A stretch of DNA of 64,000 nt from Podarcis melisellensis (lineage: Eukaryota), in NCBI GenBank assembly GCA_964234715.1, contig OZ174290.1; one strand, given 5' to 3'. Position 1 is the first letter of the stretch; every line of letters begins with the position of its first letter. This document shows, piece by piece, positions 1 to 12,048 of this stretch. The notes beneath the pieces were generated by a model, which was not told the DNA's origin, did not search any database, and saw only the letters and a program-made list of their open reading frames with translations. A program made the translations under genes and the position numbers.

Positions 1-1938
1 CAGCTTTAAAATGTAACAAGAAGCCAATAATGGTTTTGCATTGCCATTTAGATACTCCTAAAGCAGCAGCTCCTCATATCAAGCTTGGGCTATATTGAAA
101 AACATTTGCAAAAGACAGCAACCATACAGGAAGAAGCCTGATCACACCCTTACCCCTTTTCCTCCCCCCCCCCCTTTTTAAAGGGATGACTGTTTCTGGG
201 GGAAAGGAAAAAGGAATTGATCTCAGCTAGTCTGCAGAGCCAGTTGTCATGGCAACCTATCCAGTAATTCCCCAGGAATTGGATTGGAAAGGAGGAGTGT
301 GCTTTGATGGCTATGGAGATATCAGAGGAAGAAGATGCAAGGAAGGTAAATGTGGTGTCAGTTCTGAAAGAAGGAAGAGGCTGGGGAAACTAAGAATGGG
401 CACACTCACCAGGTCCAAAATTTTAGGATTTGGAAGCAGAAGTTGCTGACTGACCCAGAGAGCATTCTTAATAGGATGGAGATGGAACAGATACCCCAAG
501 CAAGTGCCTATTACAAGAATGTTGGAGAGTTCTGGGTTCAAGTCCCCACTGTGCTCAGTAACAAACACAGGACCAAATATCACAATAGAAAAGGGGTGAA
601 AATGAGAAGTAGAGAGAATAGCATATGAAAAGTAGAAAGAAGAGAGCTAAAAAGAAAGAGCACAGGCCTGATAGCCTGGATTAAGAAGCAAGAGAACATT
701 CTTCTTAATGCTGTCACTGTGGTGGCCAAAAGAGAACTCAGCGAGAAGGCATGAAGTCCGCTCTTCTAATGAGGAACATTGGGAATGGTTGGCATGGGCT
801 GCCACTTTCCCCTATGTCTTCCTAAACATTTTTGCAAATTCACTTTTATACTTAGTTCAGCTGAAATAACAACACTAATAAAAAAGATGTAATTCCATAA
901 TCTGTAAGTAACCAGTGACTAGGTCCCGCTGAATTCAGTGGGGCTACACTGGAGTATAAACATTCATAGGCATGGCCTGCACTACTAATAAGAATGAAGG
1001 ATGTCTCATTGTGGCTAGAAAGCATTCTGGCCAGCAGAATCATTGCAGCAACTGCAGTTAAAATGTTGTGGAAAGGTATCAATAAATATGCAAGAGACAC
1101 TGTTTTATGGCTGTCCTGATTATGTTCTTGATAGAAGCTCTTTAAAGCTTGGGGGTGGAGTGGGGGGGATCATAAAACTAATAGCCTTGCTATTTTTCAT
1201 AGCAAATATTTTCATTCACCCACAGTGGACTAAGCCAAGACACTTTATGAAGCCATTAAAATCAGAGCGTAGGCAAAATTAATTAAAAACTTTAAAAAAT
1301 ATATATTAAGAAACCTACATTTCCCGACAAAGAGGAGAGATGTATGGGTGGGGAGGTCCATGTGGCTGGTGGAAGCTGGTGAAAAGGCAAATGTTGTTAA
1401 AGAAATATGAAACGCCTACTCTGAAACACTCACCTAAAGATCACTCTTCGTTTTCTGCAACTGACCACAAGCATCCACAATGTCAGAATCTTCCAAGACA
1501 GTTAGGAACTGCCAACATGCACCCACATGCACATGGATTTTATTTCATTTTCTTCAATCCATATGACATTCTATCAAACTTGTGACAGCTTATAATCAGG
1601 AAGGAGCCTAGTTCAGCTCCATGATTCGTTCACCTTTGAAATACCCCTTGGATTCCACTTCATTTGTCTTCAATACATAATCAAAGATTTTGCATGAACA
1701 ACAATACTCAAAAAAGTAAAAATCTCTAGTTTCCCGGGGGATGGGGGTGGGGAGAGATAATAAATTGTGTCATCAAGTACAGTCTCCTGCTGATAAAAGA
1801 AAACTCCAGATTTCTAGAAAGATTTTATATCGATACAGATATCCTATTCAAGTTCCCCCAGTTTTCAGTTTTCGTTCTTTATTCACCTATATTAAGATTG
1901 TAAGGAGAGCCAGGTGTAGCAAACCAAATCAGGCCAGT

Positions 1939-2128
1939 TACAGATAGGTAGCTGTGTTGGTCTGCCATAGTCAAAACAAAAAAAATTCCTTCCAGTAGCA
2001 CCTTAAAGACCAACTAAGTTGGTCTTTAAGCACCTTAAAGCACCTTAAAGACCAACTAAGTCCTGCTCATACCAAGAACTAACTTAGTTGGTCTTTAAGG
2101 TGCTACTGGAAGGAATTTTTTTTTGTTT
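1939..2128. mobile_element. Penelope-like element terminal fragment in inverted (fold-back) arrangement
   Basis: ~47-bp inverted arms (1974-2020 / 2081-2128); sequence GGTAGCTGTGTTGGTCTGCCATAGTC...CCAGTAGCACCTTAAAGACCAACTAAG resembles squamate Penelope pLTR ends; 14-bp TSD CAAATCAGGCCAGT (1925-1938, 2129-2142). Confidence 0.75.
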
Positions 2129-3889
2129 CAAATCAGGCCAGTCACCCATTTAGTCAGGCATCTTGTTTTCATGGTGGCCAAGCAGATGTCTATATATAAG
2201 CAGGACTTGAGCGCAACAGCAGCTTCTCACTTGCGTTTCTCAGCAACTGGCATTCTGAGGCATATACCTTCTGATAATGGAAGTGCAGTAGTACACAGCC
2301 ACCGTGAAGAGTAGCCATTGATAACCTGATCCTCATCCATGAGTTTGTCTAGTCACCGTCCAGAGTGGCTGGGACAACCCAGTCAGATGGGAAGAATATA
2401 TTTGTTGTTGTTGCTCCTCATTTATAGCCATGTACGTCGGCAGCCATCACTACAGTTATCTTCTATGACTGCTCTTCTCCTGGAAGTACTTTCAAACACT
2501 GCTGGAGATATCTGGATAGCCATTAATGGACAGAGAATTCTGAACTTGATGTACTTTTCATCTGATCCAGTGAGACAATTCTTATCTTGTTCACTAACTC
2601 CATCTACAAAAAATAACCAAACAGCTGCCCTTCCCCATATGCTCTGACATTTGATCAGCTTCTGAGAGAATGAGGTCCTCTGCATGACAAAAACATGTGT
2701 GACTTGTTTGCCCTCAATTTAGAAGCAAGGACCAGACCTTCTTGCAGAGCTGACCAGACATGATTGCATTCAGTTCCTTTTGATCATCAGTCACCTGTTT
2801 GCTAAGGTGTTGTTGTTTTTTTAATGTTATTTGTGTTGGTTTCTGCTTCCTTCACTGTGCAGCAAAATGTTTGTCACAAGACAATTGTATACATTCCACA
2901 GTCAATTACTGTTGGGTTCCCACGGGAAATGGGAGACTGGATGTGATGTACACTGGTTTCCTGTTTTTCACTGTTCTCTCGGTGTTCTTTTTTTCCGAGA
3001 GAGTTGCTTCTCTGCTCTCACAGAGGCAAGATGCATGTTTGTATTCTCTCAACATAGAGTGGAAATAAAGTTAAGAATGTGGCACATACTGCTTATCCTT
3101 CTGCTGTGTGGACTACTCTGCCTGGGCTCAAGATAAGACGAGCCTGTATCAGCTTCAGATGGGCCGAAGCTGGTCAAAATCTCACAATTTGCTACTAATA
3201 TTCCCTCCTCTCAAGAACCGGCACAGCTGCTTTACAAGACCAGAAGTTACCTCTGGAAGTGACATTTCCTCAAGTAGCACTTCAGCCTTGACATCCACCA
3301 CTCTTCTGCTCCCATTATTTGCCCATTTAGTTCCTATTTTCCTGGTCCCTGCCCCTGTTAAATCACTCACACTGGAAGGATGCTAGTTGAAATTTTGTCA
3401 GTGTGAGGAGCAGCCCCTTTAAGGGTATCAAAATGGCAACGCAGATCCATAATCAGCCTGTTGTTATCCTTCATGGCTATTTAGAGCTCAACAATGATTA
3501 TAGGGGAGAGTGGTTTTTCCTAGAACAAATGCTGTAAATTCTGTGTAATTCTTCACCATTCAGTTATCAAACTGTCCACACATGACAAAAGAGATATATC
3601 TCCTTTCAGTGGGAGTTATTGTTCTTCATAGTTCAGCTCCTTCTTCTCGAAGTTAAACCTCTGAGCAGGGGGCAGATGTGCTGTGTCGTCCAATGAAATT
3701 GAATTATCTTTGGAGGAAGGGTAATGAAATCTTATGAGCCCACAAAGAGGAGATATGTACCACAGGGTAAAGCAAAAATCTCTCAGCACTGCCTTCTGGG
3801 AACAGCCTATGGGTAAGAATAGAACCACTACAAGACAGGCCTACCCATACCCAACTCAGACATGCTCTCCAGAAGTATACCCTGGCTAT

Positions 3890-4384
3890 TAGGCCTGAGC
3901 GATATACCCATATATCGCCCAGGACCTGTATTAGAGGTGGACTGTGATGACAGTTTCATTCAGCTGTATACCGCTGGTGAAACCACCGCCTCCTGAGTCC
4001 CTCTGCTACCAGCGCCGAGCACGCTGATGGAGAAACAAGCTGCAGTCGGCCACTGGAGGCAGAGGGACTCGGGAGCAGTGGCGGTTTCAGCAGCGATATA
4101 CCACTGAGTGAAGTCACCATTGTGGTATGCCCTCATACTGCTGCAGAGGGAGAAACAGCCTGTCCGTACATCTTGCCCATCCAGGGAGGGTGAGGGTGCC
4201 TGCTCACTCCCCCACCCTGCCCATGCCAAGGCAGTGGGTGGGTGAAGCAGCATACAAACAGTGTTGGCACACCTGCCTCATCCGCCACTGCTTTGACATG
4301 GACTCCTTTCCGACACTGTGATATATCACGGTATTGAGCTGGCAGTATGTTATGGTGTTGGAAAATAGTTATCGCTCAGCCCTA
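3890..4384. mobile_element. hAT-superfamily non-autonomous element (MITE)
   Basis: 15-bp TIRs TAGG(C/G)CTGAGCGATA (14/15 match); perfect 8-bp TSD CTGGCTAT (3882-3889, 4385-4392). Confidence 0.88.
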
Positions 4385-5500
4385 CTGGCTATTGATATTG
4401 AAAGCCAGTGAGAGGTAGAAGAGAGTTGATAGAATTGCACTCTGCCATTCTCCTGACAGAGCTTATTTCACAGGGCAACCAATGTTGTTTCAGTGCCAGA
4501 ACTGGACCTACATCCCAAATGAAATGGACTCAGGAAAATCAGCCTCATCCAAGGAAGTCTACTGGGTGCAAATACATTTCTCCATCAATCCTCTGAAACT
4601 GATAGCCAAAGCAGTCCTATTTCAAACTGACATTCCAAGCCCCTGGCAACTGGCTTTGTTATCCTTCTTGTGGAAGGGCTGTTCCCTTAAACTGCCACCA
4701 TTAACATTAAAAAAAAAATGCCCACCAATAACATTTCCTCCTTCACTTGTTTCTTTCTTTATGGATGATATGCAACTCCTTTTTATAGGCATCCTTAATT
4801 AACAGGATGTGTGGTGGGGCATGCGGGGGGAAAACAACCAACCCCCCCCCCCATGCTGCATATTGGAAGCCTGACTCTGACAGAACAACCCAGCCTGCTG
4901 CATTTAACTATGCATAGGAATCAATTACTTACTTAGCAGCAACCGCCCTCCCAGGTCATTGATCATATTTCATATCACTTCAGTTTCTGCACTCTTCCAA
5001 AACACTTTATTGTTGGTCTTTGGAAGCATTTTCTGCACCTCCGGTGTCAAGAGGACTTAAGTATTTTGTGGATATTCCAACACCTCCCACATGCTGAGAT
5101 TCGCAGCACACTCATTTGCACTGAGTTTTATAGCTTTTAATAGACTCACTTCGTAACCAGGGCTGCTTCCTGCCAACAGCAAAAGGGCCCAATAATCAAT
5201 ATTCTATTTAAGTTTCAAATTAATCTTTCATATTTAGTGGCATGTAAGCCTTCATATGGCAGCAGCAGCAGCAGGAGTGATAAAAACTCAAGGTGCATTA
5301 AGAAGAAAAAGCTTGAGCAAGAATTTCAAAATATCTCATTCAAATGGGATGCCTTTGAGTTAGGACCTACAATGAAATGTTGCAATGTACCACCTCTAAC
5401 AGAACTGCCCCTGTTCAGGGTTCCTGTAATCCAGTCATGACCTCCCCCAGGATTCTGTAAGCTGTTACAGGCTCAAGAATTATCTTGCAATATGTGTCTG

Positions 5501-5506
5501 CACACA

Positions 5507-5566
<60 letters not shown>
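5501..5566. repeat. Compound microsatellite (CA)12(GA)21
   Basis: Directly visible. Confidence 0.97.
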
Positions 5567-5569
<3 letters not shown>

Positions 5570-6009
5570 TTTTCATTACCTATTATTCAGTTGGCACATG
5601 CTCACACATACATTGGCTATTTGGAGAGAATTTCCCCTTAGAGATTCTCACCCACCCCATACTGGTTAGGGTTGAGTTGTAGGCCAAACTATCTGGAAAG
5701 CACCAGGATGGAAAAGGATACCTTACATCAATATCTATATGAAGCAAATGGGGAAATGACGTGGGCAGCCATTTCTGCTATTCACAAGTCTGCTCCATTC
5801 GTATACAAAGCAGGGGAATTTGCAAGGTCCAGTTTTCACTACAAATGGTGCCTAGTGGTCCGTTCTCAAGGACTATTGTTCCAGACACTTATACAAGCTC
5901 AGCTCATTCTTCCAGTCTATTCCAGGTTGGAGGGGAACATAAGTTAAGAGTGTGATAGGAGGATAAGGTGGGTGACAGAGGGCTTAACACCTCCTACTCA
6001 CACACCCAG

Positions 6010-6150
6010 AACTCAATAACAGAGAACATGCTTTGCATGGAGAAGGTCCCGGATTTAATCCCTGGCAACTCCACCTGAGCTGAGATTTGGAAGACCTCTG
6101 CCTGAAACCCTGAAAGCTCAGTAAACAATTAAGTGGTCTGACTTAATATA
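6010..6150 (+). mobile_element. Squam3-like tRNA-derived SINE, degraded
   Basis: CATGCTTTGCATGGAGAAGGTCCCGGATTTAATCCCTGGCA...CTGCCTGAAACCCTG, shared with the copies at 14474 and 57916. Confidence 0.65.
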
Positions 6151-7413
6151 CATAGATGGGGCTGCCTCCATCACTTCTAGTTTGAATCATGATGCAAATC
6201 CATAAATCAAAAGTCATCTGCAAAAAGAGTGATTTGCTTGCTTATGCCATCAGTAATTGTGAATGAATTATTTGGCTTTCTTCAACTCTGGGCCTCAACA
6301 AGAGAGATAGCATGAATAAAGCAGAGAAGCAAGCAAGCTAACAGCAAGGAACAGAGCACCTACATAACTGGGGGCTGTTTAAGCTCTGGGCTTCTTCTAT
6401 TCTCTCCCCCCCCCCAATAATTGGCTCTGTAAATATACTCTTTCAGCTAATGAGTACAATGGGTGTGGGGAACCCTCTACTGCTGTTTCACCTCACTTTC
6501 TCTTACAACATCTGCAGAATGCATGAATGGCACAATTCACAAACATCTTGGCTCTAGTCCATTAATTTGATTATATTTATTTTTCAAGTGTAAAACCAAC
6601 TTTCATCTGAAGAGCTTTTCAGATGAAGGAATCATTTTGTTCTATTTTGTTTAAAAATAGTTATTTAATCTCCCTACTGTGATTAGTTTTGAAGTTCTCA
6701 TTACGGAGGATGAAATGTGTATACTGGAGTGGTTCATGAAGAGTGAAGACGATGTCATGTCGCATGAACAATGACCCTCTCAACCGATCATTTAATCATT
6801 AGTTCTAGATTTTGGCACTTGTCTCTCTCCTCAAAACATCAAGTTATAATTCTGGTATTTGGCACTTATCGCAAGCAAAATGTCAGGGCCAGCTACTATC
6901 ACAGTACACAAGCCATGCAACTTTGCTTTTGTGAAGAAACAAGAATTTGATAAAGTTGGTTTAAAAAAAGAGTAATAATCCAGCTTTTAATCATTAATCT
7001 ACAGAAGAAAGACAAGCCAGCATGAGCTTTCTGCTTCATTTAGGGCTTGGAAATGGGAGTGGGGTGGGGTGTGTTTGAAGGAAGAAGCATGCATATTCTC
7101 AATACTGGCTCTATATGTTTTGAGAAGGCTCCTTGGGTAGCACAGTGGCGCTCATTAGCTAGTGGGTTAATGAAGTGTAAGTACATTTTGCCATAATCAT
7201 CTCAACAGGGTGTGGTTCCTACTCATCATAGGTGAGCAGGTCAAATATCTAATTATTACTCATATTAGACTACATGTACCCAGAGATCATTCATAATGTT
7301 TTATTACATGGAAAGAAGACCATAGAGTTATAAGGGTTTTGGCTGAAGCTATCCTTTGCATAATTAAGGGGGGTGGTTCTGGAACATGTTAGGCCTGACT
7401 TCAGTCTATGGTT

Positions 7414-7581
7414 NNNNNNNNNNNNNNNNNNNNNNNNNNNNNNNNNNNNNNNNNNNNNNNNNNNNNNNNNNNNNNNNNNNNNNNNNNNNNNNNNNNNNNN
7501 NNNNNNNNNNNNNNNNNNNNNNNNNNNNNNNNNNNNNNNNNNNNNNNNNNNNNNNNNNNNNNNNNNNNNNNNNNNNNNNNN
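7414..7581. other. Assembly gap (168 N)
   Basis: Run of N. Confidence 1.
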
Positions 7582-8789
7582 TTCTAAGCCAAAACTGACT
7601 CCCATCCCTGCAGTTCAGAAGAGCAATACATGTTACTGTTACAAATATATATATTGTCCAAACCTTTTGCAGGTCTGTTTGGATAACAGAGTAGCCTGTC
7701 AAGGGCGATGGCATTGCTATCCAAGTATTCAAATGAATCTTGTTCAAGCATCAGTGTCAAGTCTGTACTAGGAGAATGGTGCCTCTTCACAGCACAATGC
7801 AGACATGAACTGGGCCCATAGAGTGGGAGAGGTCTTCCCATTTTAAGTAACATCCCTTTTGAGGTGTTCTAGCTCCAGATTAGCTTTATCAAACAGAAAT
7901 TGGATTAGATGGCCTACAAAGACCCCTCCAACTCTAAGATTCTGATTCAGCCATTTATTATCTAGTGGAACATTATTTATTGCCACAGCTTTAATTCTCC
8001 GAAATTCAGCACTATAACAACAACAAACCACAAGTCTTAGCTTGAACAAAAGGCAAGGCAATGATATAATGGAAAGAGAGGGACGTTAGCCTGAATAAAA
8101 TAATTTGCTAATGTGGTGGCCTCTTTGCTTAACAACACTGGGACTGCAGAGAGAACCAAGGCAGAAATAAAATGTTTGTTTACTGCTTCCTTCACCCGGG
8201 TGCATCTTCCCTGCTCACCATCCTTGCCTGTTGCAGCAGGATGTCACTGGGGGGCGGGGCAGAGAATTGCTAAATCTACGCCAATAAATGGCTGCTTTCT
8301 CCTAGCTCAGACTATGCAGGCTACAGAGATTTCAAAAGAAGGGTCAGTGCAAGATGAATCATTTTGAGAAGCTGCTTTCTGTCTCAACAGCTCCAAAATG
8401 GGTCCCCAAGAGAGAGTGAGAGAGAACGAAAAGACAAATTCCATTTAAACCATCTAAACGAGACTTCGGCACAGCTGCAGTTGACAGGATATTTCTGAGA
8501 GCAAAACCATCAACGCAGTTGAAGCTGCAATAAATCTATTTCTGTCTACAGAAGCATCCTGGAACTCTAACATTCTTTACCCAAAAATATAAGGTTGGGG
8601 GATACAGAGTGGCTGAAGAGCTGCTGCATTGGAGGTCAAATTATGCAGGTGCAAGTGCATAGATGGAAGGGGCAGGGGTCTGTTCTTGCCATGTTCAATC
8701 CTCTACACTTTTAGACTAATGAACTAATAATGCTGATGCCTCTGAATCTGTGAGCAAGACCAGGCCCTCGAAGCAGAAACGGATTAAGT

Positions 8790-9300
8790 TCACGTAGCGG
8801 GACCTACATGTACTTCGCTGAAATCAAATCCAGGTGACTCTCTGCCCAGCAAAGAAACGAATGGCAAACCTCTTCTGTCAGCTGAATGTGGATATGACAA
8901 ACATAGTGGAGTCCAACAGATTATAAATATTATTTGCTGTTGTATAAGTCTTAGTTTAAGATCCATCAAGACCTTTGATATGGTAAACGTCTGTAAAAAG
9001 TCATTGATATTGGGGCCTTGTTCCTCTGCACTGGCAAGACCAGGGGAGATTGGAGGTCTGAAAAATCTCTGCCTCTGCAAGAACTCTTGGAAGAACGAAA
9101 AGACTGAGCTGAGTGATAGGGGGTAGAAAGGTCTCCTAAAAGTGCATGTCTTCTCTTCTTTCTTCAGCATATCTTTCTTCTTGTCATTAGACTCTACAAG
9201 GACATCCTTCAAGGTGGCATCTCCAAAAAGCTGACTGCCAACTAATGGTTCCATAGCCAAACTGAACCTGTAGAGCACGATACTTCAACCATAGAGACTA
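8790..9300 (-). mobile_element. Degraded DIRS-like (tyrosine-recombinase retrotransposon) fragment: gag/ORF1 end and start of RT
   Basis: Minus-strand peptides SLWLKY (9281-9298) and EPLVGSQLFGDATLKDVLVESNDKKK resemble the DIRS ORF1 RRxLWL...PFxGxxLFG...L...DK motif; downstream LMDLKL and GLPF resemble RT ILDLK and LPFG. Confidence 0.55.
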
Positions 9301-11822
9301 TCATACAAATACACTAGTCACCAAGGAATGAGACTAGAATGGAACCATATTGAGGGAAGCATCCACTAAAAAGGAAGCCGCATGGGAGACCTTCAGTAGT
9401 GGCTTCCAGTTGGATTCTGGGAAGTATTACCCAAGACACCTTCCAGACATGGCATGGTGGTTCTTGCAGAAACTGTAGATTTAGCCCTAACAGCTAGGGC
9501 CACCACTTTGTGGACCCATTCCTAGTTAAGTGAGAGGGGAGACAAGGGGGGGGGGGGTAAATTATACAGGAAAATTGGACTTAACACAAAATGGCAGGCA
9601 ACTGAAATATTGATTGACATGTACACATAAGGGGGGAAATGAAGCAATATTTTTTAAAAAAAAAAAACACAAAACAAGACAAGACACTATAATAAAGAAG
9701 AAAGGAACAAAGAAGTGTGAACCATGAGTCTCTAACCTCAGTCAATTAAGCACACCATTTGGGTGAAGGAAAAACACTGAAAACTGAGTTCTACCAGGTA
9801 ACCTGCTAATGTTTTATTTGGAGCAGCACTTTTGCTTTTCATCACTAGACTGAGCTCTACACATCTTAGGACAAGTCTACAGACATCAATGACACAACAA
9901 AAGCTAGCTTACCCCCACAAGCTGTGCCAATGGGGCATTAAATGGAGCCTGAAAGGTCACATAGTTAATTAACATATTTGATTACAGCATGATTTGCTTC
10001 AAGTTTTTATTCTGTTTTAAAGTCAAGACTATTTTCTTTTTACCATTAACCCAAATAAAGAAGGTGGATCATTTCAAATGTGCTGGATGGGTTTTCAAGC
10101 ATTGTCAGATTCAGATATTTTTATGTATTTAATTTGTATCTCACCCTTCCTCCTAAAGGAGGCTGGGACATTCTAATCTTTTATTACATGTACAATCATA
10201 TTCCAGCTTTTAAAGCTTTGTGTCTTCCTTTCGCAAAATAAACTAAGACTGGTTCCTCTTCTGCCCCAACTTAGTGGACTTCCAGGACAACTACTAATGA
10301 TCCTTTCCAATGCCATCAACAATCCAAACTACACAAGCATGAAAAAACCCAAACTCTTTATTGAAAATCAAGCACAAAAAGATATAGAAAGGAAGACGGC
10401 ATGCTTAATTAATGCCCCATCTATGCATGGCTCATAGGCAAAGATAATCCTCTACTTGAAATGCTATAAAAGAGGGTGCTGGAAATCAAAACAGGAATGA
10501 GATGGTACAGAGCTATAAGCTACATCAACCCCCAAAATGTAACCAGACTGGAAGAATGAGAGGCTTTCAAAATAGCCTTTTTTAGCTGGTAAAGCCATAA
10601 CAGCCATTCAGAAGACTCAAACACCCTTGAACCAGGAGCCTCACAGAAAAGCTGAGACTTTGTTTAGCTATCGGATATGATGGGATCCTCCTTGGTCACA
10701 AGTCTGGAGTTGTGTGTTGTGTGTGTGGTGTGTGTGTGTTACATTGGGCCCTGTAATAAGTGGCTAACCTTAGGATGAATGGGGGGGGGAGTGCCTCAAA
10801 GTCCACTCCATTGTTTCCTGAATGTATAGAGCTTGCAGAATCAGTAAGTGATAAGTGTTCCCTGTTTATTTCTTCCCTCTATCCATTGTATCCCCATTTA
10901 CTAGCTAACCAGTATGTTAAAATTAAATTTTCAAGGCAGTGGTTGGGGGGGGGGGAGGCGCTAATGCCGTCCTTCTTCCTTTGCCAATTTTATGAAGCAA
11001 CGAAAACCATTTCCCTGCTTCTTTCCTTCTGCCTCATCACTAAACATTTTATCACCAAAATTGTGAAAGTATATTAAATATTACACAACTGCTCCAAAAG
11101 ACATTTCACAGGCTGAAACGAGGAGATGTGGTCTGGGGAGCCATAAATCTTAGAAGGTGACATTAATAATAAAAAAAAATCTCTCCCCCGTCTAATGTAT
11201 TAGGATAGTATTTTACAGGAAACTTGCCATGTGGCACGGAGTGAGGAAGATGTTATGTTGAACCCATTGACATTTTAGCAAGGAGAGTTTTTTAATAGAA
11301 TGGAAACTTGGCTCGGTAAGGAGAATGTGAAGAAAATGCCAAGCCTGATGGGTCTCCAGCAATGGATCTATTCTGATTTATATGATATTAAATATTTCAC
11401 CTCCAACCCAGGTTCCCTGGTATTTGTCCTAATATGGCTTCATACTCATTTTCAGAATACAGCTCAGGCAGAAAAATCATCCATATGCGTTGATGACACA
11501 GAAGCGATTCACATGCCACAGTAAGCCACAGCTGAAGCTTTACCATGAATATGCCTATCTGGGTCATTGGTTTCCTCTCCACCAGTGTTACATGTGAACC
11601 AAGGTCATGGTTTATTTCACTTGACTGCAGCGCAATCAGTTAGCCAAAAACAAACCTTGGCTACAGACTGTGGCATGTTGGTAGTGAAACAACTGGGTTG
11701 AGCAGATGAATGAAAAGGGCTGAACTGGTTTGTGCACAGTAGGCCATGGTTAATGGGTTACCAAGACATGTGACCAGGACCACTATCTGAATTGCTAAGG
11801 TGGGCCATGAGAAATACAAATA

Positions 11823-12048
11823 CAGTGGTACCTCAGGTTAAGTACTTAATTCGTTCCGGAGGTCCGTTCTTAACCTGAAACTGTTCTTAACCTGAAGAAC
11901 CACTTTAGCTAATGGGGCTTCCTGCTGCTGCTGCGCCGCCGGAGCATGATTTCTGTTCTCATTCTGAAGCAAAGTTCTTAACACGAGCTACTATTTTTGG
12001 GTTAACGGAGTCCGTAACCTGAAGTGTATGTAACCCGAGGTACCACTG
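11823..12048. mobile_element. Tc1/mariner (pogo/Tigger-like) MITE, copy 1, 226 bp
   Basis: TIR CAGTGGTACCTC(A/G)GGTTA...TAACCCGAGGTACCACTG; TA TSD on both sides; near-identical to copies 2 and 3. Confidence 0.92.

Noticed and set aside
1999-2062. Short repeated units resembling a CRISPR array
   Set aside because: Eukaryotic DNA, no unique spacers, alternating orientation; explained by a rearranged Penelope-type terminus.
7291-7771. ORFs spanning the N run
   Set aside because: Artefacts of the assembly gap.
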